In this document: in pieces, positions 43,317-51,424 of the stretch
Position numbering within the stretch: position 1 is the stretch's first letter
Layout: every line of letters starts with the position of its first letter
Origin: an uncultured Actinomycetes bacterium
GTDB lineage: Bacteria; Actinomycetota; Thermoleophilia; UBA2241
Assembly (NCBI GenBank): GCA_963753695.1
Contig: CAVWDG010000010.1
Coordinates: 44,618 to 108,617 of the forward strand
Direction of reading: 5' to 3'
Length of the DNA stretch: 64,000 bases
Position numbers and translations under genes: made by a program
The notes under the pieces: model-generated
Database searches by the model: none
What the model saw: only the letters and a program-made list of their open reading frames with translations
Told to the model about the DNA's origin: nothing

Positions 43317-43530
43317 CCGCGCCATAGGCCAAGGCGTCACTCCTTGGCAGGCAAGCTCGATGCTGGCACGCTGTCTACCGCGACGAGGGTGGGGCGCTGA
43401 CCCTTGCCGGGGCTCGCCCGAACGACGATCCCTGTCCGGACACACCAAGCTTGAGGCCCGCCCGCCCGCCCCTCACTGGCGCCCCCCGACCTGCGCACGT
43501 ATGATGCCGACCATGGGCGGGAGGCACCTA

Positions 43531-43616
43531 GCCGGAGTGGCGGAACGGTAGACGCCGGCGACTTAAAATCGCCCGGGCCAGCGCCCGTGTGGGTTCGACT
43601 CCCACCTCCGGCACCA
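43531..43616 (+). tRNA. tRNA-Leu (anticodon TAA)
   Basis: Acceptor GCCGGAG/CTCCGGC, anticodon loop CTTAAAA, long variable arm, T-arm GTGGGTTCGACTCCCAC, 3' ACCA. Confidence 0.85.
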
Positions 43617-43636
43617 GTCTCTGCCCGGCCACGCCC

Positions 43637-44446
43637 GTGATCACGCTGACCGTGCTGGTGCTCGTCGCCATCGCCGCCGGCATGTTGGGGGCCATGCTCG
43701 GCGTGGGCGGCGGCATCGTCATCGTGCCGGTGCTCACCCTGTTTCTCAATGTGCCGGTCAAGAGCGCCATCGGCACGAGCCTGGTCTGTGTGGTCGTCAC
43801 CTCGTCGGCCTCGCAGATCGTCTACGTGGCGCGCGGCTTCACTAACAGCCGCCTGGGCATGACCCTCGAGGTGGCGACCACGCTGGGCGCCCTGGTGGGC
43901 GGCGTCACCGCCATCCTGGTCAGCGGCCGCGCCATCTACGGTGTCTTTGCCGCCGTTTTGGTCTACGTGCTGATCAGCATGGAGCGTAAGCCGCCCTTGC
44001 CCCTCCCGGTTGACCCGCGCTCGGCGCTGGGCGGCTCGTTCGTCGACCCCGACACCGGCCGCGAGGTCGCCTACGGGGTGAACCACCTGCCCGGCGGGCT
44101 CGCGCTGAGCTTCGTGGCGGGCAACGTCTCTGGGCTGCTCGGCGTGGGCGGCGGCGCCATCAAGGTGCCGGTCATGACCCTGCTCATGCGGGTGCCGCTG
44201 CGCGCCGCCATCGCCACCAGCAACCTCATGATCGGCGTCACTGCGGCCACCGGCGCCCTCATCTTCTTCGGCCGCGGCCTGGTCGAGCCGCGTTACGCCG
44301 TGCCGGCGGCCCTGGGCATTCTGGTCGGCGCCCAGCTCGGCACCCGCGTGGCCAACCGCGTGAGCGCCGCGCTGCTGCGTCGCGCGTTCGAAGTGCTGCT
44401 CGCCGTGTTCGCGGTGCAGATGGCGCTCAAGGCGTTCGGCATCTGA
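43637..44446 (+). CDS. TSUP-family (TauE/SafE) sulfite/anion exporter
   Basis: Two duplicated 4-TM halves with GxGGG motifs (LGVGGGIVIVPVL / LGVGGGAIKVPVM). Confidence 0.8.
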   Translation: MITLTVLVLVAIAAGMLGAMLGVGGGIVIVPVLTLFLNVPVKSAIGTSLVCVVVTSSASQIVYVARGFTNSRLGMTLEVATTLGALVGGVTAILVSGRAIYGVFAAVLVYVLISMERKPPLPLPVDPRSALGGSFVDPDTGREVAYGVNHLPGGLALSFVAGNVSGLLGVGGGAIKVPVMTLLMRVPLRAAIATSNLMIGVTAATGALIFFGRGLVEPRYAVPAALGILVGAQLGTRVANRVSAALLRRAFEVLLAVFAVQMALKAFGI

Positions 44447-44883
44447 TGGCCGACGATCGACACGATGGCGGGCGGGGCGGCGGGCGGCGCGACGAAGGCG
44501 CCGCCGCGCGCGGCGGGCGCGGCGGGGGCGGGGGAGAGCCCGGCCGGCGCGCCGCGAACATCGACACCGTCGTGCACCACACGCTGGTGGCCGGCGTGGC
44601 ACTCGGCCTGGCGTTGCTGCTGGCCGGACTCGCGCTGTCCGCCGCCGGTCGCGGCGGCCTCGCGGTGCACAGCCTCAAGGCGCCGGCTGCCTGGCGCGCT
44701 GCCCTGCACCTGCGCGCCGCCGGCTTCTACTCGCTCGGCCTGCTCGCGCTCATTCTCACACCGTTCATCCGCGTGGTCGGTTCGATCGTCGCCTTCGCGG
44801 CGGCGCGCGACTGGCGCTTCGTGGCCGTCACCACGGCGGTGCTCGCTGTGATGGTGGCCAGCATCGTCGTGGGCGCCGCCTGA
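44446..44883 (+). CDS. DUF1634-like small membrane protein (common TauE partner)
   Basis: ATGA overlap with the TauE gene; Gly/Arg-rich N-terminus plus 3 TM helices. Confidence 0.55.
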   Translation: MADDRHDGGRGGGRRDEGAAARGGRGGGGGEPGRRAANIDTVVHHTLVAGVALGLALLLAGLALSAAGRGGLAVHSLKAPAAWRAALHLRAAGFYSLGLLALILTPFIRVVGSIVAFAAARDWRFVAVTTAVLAVMVASIVVGAA

Positions 44884-44948
44884 CCTGGCGGTGCGCCGCC
44901 GGGCGGCCCCGGGCGGCCGCCGGGAGGCCGCGCCCGTCCGCCTGCGAT

Positions 44949-45797
44949 ATGCTGACGGTCGTGAACCCTATCGGAGAGATCCAGCGCACCCACGGCATCG
45001 TCGGCCGCGCCGACGAGCTCTCTATGGCGCTCGCCGTCCTGCTCTGCGGGCGGCACCTGCTCCTCGAGGGGCCTGTCGGCGTGGGCAAGACCACGGTCGC
45101 CCTGGCGGTCTGCGCGCACATCGGGCGCGGCGTGGTGCGCGTCGACGGCGACGACCGCTACTCCGAGAGCAAGCTCACCGGCTGGTTCGACCCGCCGCTC
45201 GTGCTGGCCAAGGGCTACTGCGACGACACGTTCTTCGCCGGGCCGCTGGTGCAGGCCATGCGCGAGGGCTCCGTCCTGTTCGTCAACGAGCTCAACCGCA
45301 TGCCCGAGGCGGTGCAGAACGTGCTGTTGCCGGCGCTCGACGAGGGCCTGCTCATCGTGCCGCGCATCGGCGAGGTGCGGGCCGCGCCGGGCTTTCAGGT
45401 GGTGGCCACGCAGAACCCGGTCGAGTACATCGCCACGGGCCACCTCTCCGAGGCGCTGCTCGACCGCTTCGAGCACGTTGGCCTCGACTACCAGAACACA
45501 GACGAGGAGACCGAGATCGTGCGCCGCGAGACCGGCTGCGGCGATCTCGCGCTGGTCGACGCGGCGGTCGCCCTGACCCGCGCGACGCGCAGCGACCCGC
45601 GCTTTCGCAAGGGAGCGTCGGTGCGAGCCGCGATCGCCATGGTGGCCTTGGCCCTGCGCGCCGGCGGCGGCGACGACGCCCTGCGGCGCGCCGCCGGCGC
45701 GGCGCTGCCCACGCGCGTCGAGCTGCGCGACGCCACCGACTCGCCGCTGCCAGACGTGCTCGACGAGCTGGTCGAGGACACCCGAAAAAAAGTCTGA
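44949..45797 (+). CDS. MoxR-like AAA+ ATPase
   Basis: Walker A GPVGVGKTT, Walker B LFVNELNR, sensor motifs; 282 aa. Confidence 0.85.
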   Translation: MLTVVNPIGEIQRTHGIVGRADELSMALAVLLCGRHLLLEGPVGVGKTTVALAVCAHIGRGVVRVDGDDRYSESKLTGWFDPPLVLAKGYCDDTFFAGPLVQAMREGSVLFVNELNRMPEAVQNVLLPALDEGLLIVPRIGEVRAAPGFQVVATQNPVEYIATGHLSEALLDRFEHVGLDYQNTDEETEIVRRETGCGDLALVDAAVALTRATRSDPRFRKGASVRAAIAMVALALRAGGGDDALRRAAGAALPTRVELRDATDSPLPDVLDELVEDTRKKV

Positions 45798-45829
45798 CGG
45801 CCGCCGCCGACGCGCGGCGGCCGGCCATC

Positions 45830-46735
45830 GTGGTGACGGCCGGCGCGCGGTACTCGTCGTTTGCCGCGCAGCGCCCTCCGGAGCACCTGACCGACGCCGA
45901 CGCCCACATCGTGCTGGCCGAACGGCTGGGCGTCGCCCCCGACGCGGTCGACGGCTGGACCGTAGCCACCAGGCTGAGCGACTCAAGCCTCGCCCTGGGC
46001 CACCGCGAGCTCAAGGCCTACGCGCGGCGCATCGCCACCGCCGCCGTGCTGCGCCGCGCCTGGCGCCTGGTAGGCCCCATCCGGCGCGCCACGCGGCCGG
46101 TGCTCGCCGTCATGGACGAACCGTTCCACGGCGAGCTCGACGTCGACGCCACCCTTGAAAACGTGGCCGGCAAGCGCTTTCCGGAGCGCGACGACTGGAT
46201 CGTCGAGCTGCGCGAGGACCGCGAGCAGCAGCTCGTGCTCATGATGGACGCCTCGCTGTCGATGGCCGGCGAGAACCTCGCCGTGGCGGCCGTGGCCGCG
46301 GCGGTGCTGGCCCTGAAGATGCGCTCCGAGGATCTGTCGGTCGTGGTCTTCGAGAGCGTGGCGCGCACGGTCAGCCACCTCGAGGAGCGCGACGACCCCG
46401 AAGAGATCGTGGCCCGGCTGCTCGGCGAGCCGGCCCGCGGCTACACCAACATCGAGGCCGCGCTTCGCCTGGGCGGTCGCGAGATCGCGCGCGGCCGCAA
46501 CCCACGCAAGGCGGGCCTGCTGATCACCGATGGGGTGTGGACGGCCGGCGGCGACCCCATACCCGCGGCCGACGCCTTCCCGCGCCTGCACGTGCTGCTC
46601 ACCGAGGACTACAAGATGGATCCGGCGCTCTGCGAGCGCCTGGCGGGCATCGGTCGCGGCGAGGTGTTTCGGGTCAAACACCACAGCGAGCTGCCCGGCA
46701 AGATGCTCGACATCGCCAACCGCGTGTTGCGTTAG
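45830..46735 (+). CDS. VWA-domain protein (CoxE-like MoxR partner)
   Basis: MIDAS motif in LVLMMDASLSMAG; position immediately after the MoxR gene. The GTG start is approximate. Confidence 0.7.
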   Translation: MVTAGARYSSFAAQRPPEHLTDADAHIVLAERLGVAPDAVDGWTVATRLSDSSLALGHRELKAYARRIATAAVLRRAWRLVGPIRRATRPVLAVMDEPFHGELDVDATLENVAGKRFPERDDWIVELREDREQQLVLMMDASLSMAGENLAVAAVAAAVLALKMRSEDLSVVVFESVARTVSHLEERDDPEEIVARLLGEPARGYTNIEAALRLGGREIARGRNPRKAGLLITDGVWTAGGDPIPAADAFPRLHVLLTEDYKMDPALCERLAGIGRGEVFRVKHHSELPGKMLDIANRVLR

Positions 46736-46763
46736 GAGCGGCGCCGGTGTTAGCGACAGAGGT

Positions 46764-47381
46764 CTAGCAGTCGAACACCGACCAGCAGATCCCGTTTCGC
46801 AACCTCTGGTCGTCCAGCACAAGATCGCGGATGGCATCGGGCAGCCGCCCGCGCTGCCACTGGCATTCCTGCCGACCGGCGAGCTCACGCTCGCCGTCGG
46901 TCGCAGCAGAGCATGCCGCCTTGATCGCATAGGCCGCAGCACCGAGTTCGTGAGCGGCGACATGAGCTACCGCCGCGGCCTGCCCGGCAGCGTGCGCCGC
47001 GTGCCTCGCGGCTCCGGACAGGTCGCGTGCCGCGGCGTTCGCGGCGAAGGCCGCCGTACGCGCTTGAGACATCGTGATCTCGCCGCGCACCCAGGCTCGT
47101 GTCTGCTCGATCGCCTGGCGCGGCCTCGCGTCGGCAGGCCGTGCCTCCTCGAACAGAGGCAGCACGTGCTCCGCGCAGTCGGCCGCCCACGCGGCGAGAA
47201 GCCGATGGTCAGCGTCTTGCAGGGTGCCGCCGCGACGCAGCGTGACGAATCTGGGGTCGCGATCTTTGGGAAGGATCAATCGAATGGCCCGTTCATTGGC
47301 CTTGAGGCGGCTGCCACAACTCGACCTTGTTTCCCTCTGGATCGATGACCCAGGCAAACGTGCCGTACTCGGAGTCGTCAA
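46764..47381 (-). CDS. alpha-helical hypothetical protein (immunity-protein-like family, often mis-annotated as SbcC-like)
   Basis: LLAAWAADCAEHVLPLFEE...RPRQAIEQTRAWVRGE... with Ala-rich helical repeats. The listed start overlaps the upstream VOC gene by 88 nt, so the true start is probably internal. Confidence 0.45.
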   Translation of the reverse strand: MTTPSTARLPGSSIQRETRSSCGSRLKANERAIRLILPKDRDPRFVTLRRGGTLQDADHRLLAAWAADCAEHVLPLFEEARPADARPRQAIEQTRAWVRGEITMSQARTAAFAANAAARDLSGAARHAAHAAGQAAAVAHVAAHELGAAAYAIKAACSAATDGERELAGRQECQWQRGRLPDAIRDLVLDDQRLRNGICWSVFDC

Positions 47382-47679
47382 TCTTCTCGAGCACAGTGCA
47401 GCCTTCTTCCTTCAAGACCTCGACCAAGGCGAGCAAGTCTTCGACTCGGTAGTTGACCATGAAGGGAGCGGAGCTCGGAGCAAACTGATCGCTCTCTCCT
47501 GGACCGATGGACCAGATAGTCGTGCCTGCAACCGGCTTGCCGTCGGCGTCGGTCCAGGTGAAGGCGGCTCCGCCCCAGGCTTGGACGTCGATCCCCAGGT
47601 GCCGCTTGTACCAAGCCTGCAGTGATGGAGCGTCTTTGGCCTTGAAGAAGATGCCGCCGATGCCGGTGACTCGTTTCAT
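47293..47679 (-). CDS. VOC/glyoxalase-bleomycin-resistance family protein
   Basis: Internal ATG with GGAGG RBS; MKRVTGIGGIFFKAKD...FAWVIDPEGNKVELWQ is the typical VOC fold. Confidence 0.75.
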   Translation of the reverse strand: MKRVTGIGGIFFKAKDAPSLQAWYKRHLGIDVQAWGGAAFTWTDADGKPVAGTTIWSIGPGESDQFAPSSAPFMVNYRVEDLLALVEVLKEEGCTVLEKIDDSEYGTFAWVIDPEGNKVELWQPPQGQ

Positions 47680-47716
47680 GTGACCTCCGATGCGCGATGG
47701 TGGTGCACGCGACGTG

Positions 47717-48622
47717 CTACGCGGAATGGCCCGTCCCGAAGTCCCAGATCTCTCCATGTTCGGTATCGGTGAGCACCCCGCGCACGAGTTGCAGGTCGCG
47801 CTGCCATGAACGCTCGGGTCCGTCGGCGTCCACACGGAACGTCAGCCTGTCGTGATCCGCGTGGACCGCGATCCACAATCTTGTCTCCAGACTCAGGCCG
47901 ATCTCGGTGATGCACGACTCGATCACGGCCACCCAGCCGTCGTGCCAAGCCGTGACGGCCGTGATGCGGCCGGACTGCGAGACCTCGCCCTCCTGCCAGG
48001 CGCCCTGGACCTCCGTCTCGCGAGGAAGGTCGATCGTACGAGTCTCGTCCCGCGCCTCCGAGCGGAACTTCATCGTCGAGAAGACCTCCACGTCCGCTCC
48101 CCGGATGAGCATCAGCAGCGTGCAGCCGAGGTACTTGGCGTCGGCCGCCCACGTGCACGCCGACTCATCAGCGCGCGCGTGGATCCGGGCGAAGTCGGCT
48201 TCGCTCGGAATCTGGGCGATCCTGTCCGCTTGTGCGGCGAACATGCGGTCGCGGCCGTCAGCCATCGCCTTGATCTCCTCGGGCGAGTGCGGCTGCCAGT
48301 CCGTGATCTCGCCGATGACCCTCAGCGGGTCGCGCGAGCGGTACGACTTTGTGGGGTTGCCCTCAAACCTCTTGTCGGTGAGATCCGGGTCGTCCACGAA
48401 CGGACCGGTGGGTTCGACGATGTAGATCCGGCCGGGACCGTCGCCCTGAGCCAGTTCGGCACCCCATGGCGACAGCGTCGCGCTCATGTACACCCAAGGG
48501 CTCGTGCGCTCGCTGTTGCCGTAATTGGAGCGGTATCCGGGAGTGATCACGTCCCCCGGCTTCAGGTCGGCCTTGGTGCCGTGGTAGAACTGGCCTGAGA
48601 TCACCTCGTCGTTGGCTGCCAA
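47717..48622 (-). CDS. arr: Arr-family (rifampin-type) ADP-ribosyltransferase fused to ~160-aa C-terminal domain of unknown function
   Basis: N-terminal 140 aa matches Arr (FYHGTKADL...GDVIT..SNYG...GAELA...GRIYIVEPTGPFVDDPDLTDKRFEGNPTKSYRSRDPLRVIGE); TTG start 8 nt after GGAG. The C-terminal half has no recognisable domain. Confidence 0.7.
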   Translation of the reverse strand: MAANDEVISGQFYHGTKADLKPGDVITPGYRSNYGNSERTSPWVYMSATLSPWGAELAQGDGPGRIYIVEPTGPFVDDPDLTDKRFEGNPTKSYRSRDPLRVIGEITDWQPHSPEEIKAMADGRDRMFAAQADRIAQIPSEADFARIHARADESACTWAADAKYLGCTLLMLIRGADVEVFSTMKFRSEARDETRTIDLPRETEVQGAWQEGEVSQSGRITAVTAWHDGWVAVIESCITEIGLSLETRLWIAVHADHDRLTFRVDADGPERSWQRDLQLVRGVLTDTEHGEIWDFGTGHSA

Positions 48623-48761
48623 AGGACTCGCTCCTTTCGTCTTGCGCGGCTCTATGGGCCGAGAGTGCCCCTCGAGCGTCTAACGCACCGCGGATAGGCT
48701 GCGAGCGCGACGGCCTCCTGTGACGCCGCCGGCGCCCCGGCGAGCCAGCTTCATCCGCTTG

Positions 48762-48941
48762 CTACCCTACGTTCCCACGCAGGACTCCTGTCACTGTACC
48801 GTGGGCGATCGTGCGGCCCTCCCAGAGGGTGAATGCCGTGCCGACAGAGACCCGAGGGAGCGCGAGCTCGGGCGAGAGGAACTGCATCTCGACATCCACG
48901 GCATCGCCCGGAGCGATGTCCTGCGGGACAAGGGGCTTCAA
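48762..48941 (-). other. orphan 59-codon ORF resembling domain 3 (beta-barrel) of EF-Tu-like translational GTPases; probable gene remnant
   Basis: MKPLVPQDIAPGDAVDVEMQFLSPELALPRVSVGTAFTLWEGRTIAHGTVTGVL follows the EF-Tu C-terminal pattern PGD.V...V.L..P.A...G.RF.IREGGRTVG.G.V; no upstream GTPase domain is present. Confidence 0.25.
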
Positions 48942-49051
48942 GCGGACGTGCCACCCTCCCGCACTCGTCGGGCTAACGGTTGGCGCGTAACCTGTGCGGG
49001 CTGCGCTCCCAGTCTGTCGGTGCGCCCTGGCGCATCAGGTTGACGCGCTTG

Positions 49052-49354
49052 TCAGCCACGCTCAGCGTCATCGGGCTCGTCTGGCAGTTGCGCGCCGTGC
49101 CAGACCGCCACGATCCACACCGCGTCGGCCCTGACGCGGTAGAAGAAACGATACGGCGCGACGATGATCTCGCGGAAGGGGAGCTCCGGAAACTCGGGCA
49201 GCGAGTGCCCCGATTCGGGAAAGTCGGCCAGTCGGGAGAGAGCCGCCACGGCTTTCTGGCGCAGGGCCAGCGCTGCCGCAGGGTTGTCGGCGCTGACGTA
49301 GTCAAGCGCCGCCAGGAACTGCGCCCGACCCATTGGCGTGAAGCGGACTCTCAC
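49052..49354 (-). CDS. type II toxin, RelE/ParE family
   Basis: 100 aa, ParE-like; ATGA overlap with the upstream antitoxin. Confidence 0.8.
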   Translation of the reverse strand: MRVRFTPMGRAQFLAALDYVSADNPAAALALRQKAVAALSRLADFPESGHSLPEFPELPFREIIVAPYRFFYRVRADAVWIVAVWHGAQLPDEPDDAERG

Positions 49355-49626
49355 GACCCGCGCAGCAGCTCGTCCGCCTCGGCCAAAACGACGTCCAGGT
49401 CATGGCCGACTCCGGCTTCGATCTCGGCCTCGCCGCGGGCCAGTAGACGCAGGATCTCGAGCTCGTGCTGGGTGCGCTGATAGGACTGGGCGCTGACCAT
49501 GACGGCGGCGGCCCGCCCGCGCTGGGTGATGACCACCGGCTCCTGCGAGGCGGCCGCCCGCTTGATCACCCCGGCGGCGTCGGAGCGCAAGTCGGATATG
49601 GGCACGATCGTGGGCAAAGAACTCAT
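49351..49626 (-). CDS. type II antitoxin, Phd/YefM family
   Basis: The internal ATG gives MSSLPTIVPISDLRSDAAGVIKRAAASQEPVVITQRGRAAAVMVS, the classic YefM N-terminus. Confidence 0.8.
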   Translation of the reverse strand: MSSLPTIVPISDLRSDAAGVIKRAAASQEPVVITQRGRAAAVMVSAQSYQRTQHELEILRLLARGEAEIEAGVGHDLDVVLAEADELLRGS

Positions 49627-49630
49627 TGGA

Positions 49631-49671
49631 GGTACCCCCTTCGGTACCGTGAACAGTACCACCAGTGTACC
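49631..49671 (-). promoter_or_regulatory. putative TA autoregulatory operator (GGTACC / GTACC repeats)
   Basis: Four GGTACC/GTACC copies, including the inverted repeat GGTACcgtgaacaGTACC, immediately upstream of the antitoxin start. Confidence 0.4.
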
Positions 49672-49928
49672 CATTCGGCGAGCGGACCAGCCGTGGCTAA
49701 CAGTGCAGTCTGCGCAAGCGGTCCGCCGCGCGTCGTCTTGCGCTGCCGCTCAGCACCCGTCAGACGTCGCCCCGGGCGCTCGGCGTCACTCTCCGGCGCC
49801 CACACCAATGCTCCCTCACAGCCCCGCCACATTCGTCTCATACACGCTTCACAGTCTCGGTGGTACAGTACGGCTAGACGCCCTGATCTGCCTGAGCGTC
49901 CAGTAGTCTCAAACCGAGGAGGCGCTAC

Positions 49929-50822
49929 ATGGGGTGGATAGTGGGGGCCGTCGCGGCCATCGTCGTGATCTTCATCGTTGCGACGATCCTGTCTGGCATC
50001 CGCATCGTCCGGCCGACCCACCGAGGACTTGTGGAGCGGCTGGGCAAGTACAACCGCTACGCCGATCCAGGGATCCACCTGACGATTCCTTACGGCATCG
50101 AGCGCATGTACCAGGTCGACATTCGTGAAGTCCTGGTCGAAGCGCAGCCGCAGACCATCATCACCAACGACAACCTGAACGCCAAGGTCGACGCGCAGGT
50201 CTACCTCAAGGTCAAGGCCGACGAAGAGAACGTCAAGGCCTCGATCTACAACGTCACCAACTACGAGCTGCAGATCGTCAACCTATCGCGCACGACGCTG
50301 CGCAACATCATCGGCACCATGACCCTGAAGTCGGCGAACTCCGAGCGCGGCAAGATCAACGAGGAGTTGCGCGGCACGCTCAAGTCCGAGACGGCCAGCT
50401 GGGGCATCGAGATCCTGCGCACCGAGCTCAAAGAAATCGACCCGCCGCCCGACGTGCAGGAGACCATGAACAAGGTCGTCAAGGCCGAGAACGAGAAGAT
50501 CGCCGCGGTCGACTTCGCCACCGCCACCGAGACGCAGGCCGACGGCCAGCGCCGCGCCGAGATCAAGAAGGCCGAGGGCATCCGCCAGGCGAAGATCCTC
50601 GAAGCCGAGGGCGAGGCGCAGGCCATCCAGCTCGTCAACGAGGCCGCCGACAAGTACTTCGTGGGCAACGCCCAGATGCTGCGCAAGCTCGAAGCCGTCG
50701 AGCGCGCGCTGTACCAGAACAGCAAGATCGTGGTGCCCAGCGACACCCAGCTCGTCAACGTGATCGGCGACCTGGGTGGTCTCGTGCCCATGAACAGCGA
50801 CGTCAGCGGCAACGGCAAGTAA
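49929..50822 (+). CDS. SPFH/band-7 (stomatin/HflC-like) membrane protein
   Basis: N-terminal TM helix plus SPFH domain and coiled coil; ~60% GC. Confidence 0.85.
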   Translation: MGWIVGAVAAIVVIFIVATILSGIRIVRPTHRGLVERLGKYNRYADPGIHLTIPYGIERMYQVDIREVLVEAQPQTIITNDNLNAKVDAQVYLKVKADEENVKASIYNVTNYELQIVNLSRTTLRNIIGTMTLKSANSERGKINEELRGTLKSETASWGIEILRTELKEIDPPPDVQETMNKVVKAENEKIAAVDFATATETQADGQRRAEIKKAEGIRQAKILEAEGEAQAIQLVNEAADKYFVGNAQMLRKLEAVERALYQNSKIVVPSDTQLVNVIGDLGGLVPMNSDVSGNGK

Positions 50823-50882
50823 ACGCGTGCTCGCGCGGTGCGGCCGCAGGGCCGCGGCCGTCGCGGATCGATCTGTAGACCA

Positions 50883-50921
50883 CGACGAGGGGCGGCGCCG
50901 GCACGGCACCGCCCCTCGTCG
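50883..50921 (+). terminator. bidirectional hairpin between the convergent SPFH and TfoX-N genes
   Basis: Perfect 13-bp stem CGACGAGGGGCGG ... CCGCCCCTCGTCG with a 13-nt loop. Confidence 0.45.
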
Positions 50922-50946
50922 TCTCTTAGTCCGGCGTCCGGCGCGG

Positions 50947-51333
50947 CTAGCGGCGCGGAGCCGTCGGCTTGTTCGGCGGCCGCGGTTTTTTGACCTTGGG
51001 GGGCAGGGCGTGGGCGTTGGCAAGCGCCCGGGCGACCCACTCCTCGAGCGCCGCCTGCTCGGCCAGCATCGCCTGCGGCACGCAGACGTACTCGCGCATG
51101 GGGCGGCCTGCCATGGGCTCGAACTGGTGCGCGCCGGTCAGGGCGAGCAGCGCGGCTCGATCGTCGGCCGAAAGCCTCACGAACAGGTCCTCCTGGTGGA
51201 TGCCGGCGAACATGTTGCCCCCAAGGAACAGGCAGGGGCAGCCGAACATGCGGCGCAGTTCGGCGTCGGGGTCGTCGGGCACGAGGCTCAGGAAGAGATC
51301 GACGAGCTCGTCGGACGGTCTGCGCCACGTCAT
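50947..51333 (-). CDS. TfoX N-terminal domain protein
   Basis: RRMFGCPCLFLGGNMFAGIHQEDLFVRL matches the TfoX_N pattern; internal ATG start. Confidence 0.6.
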   Translation of the reverse strand: MTWRRPSDELVDLFLSLVPDDPDAELRRMFGCPCLFLGGNMFAGIHQEDLFVRLSADDRAALLALTGAHQFEPMAGRPMREYVCVPQAMLAEQAALEEWVARALANAHALPPKVKKPRPPNKPTAPRR

Positions 51334-51424
51334 GAGCGTCTCCTTGTGAAGGGCGGTCGGGGGGCTCTGCGATGCCACGGCCAGTAGGGCTGGGGCGGCG
51401 ATAGCGCCTACGGCGGTCGTGCCC

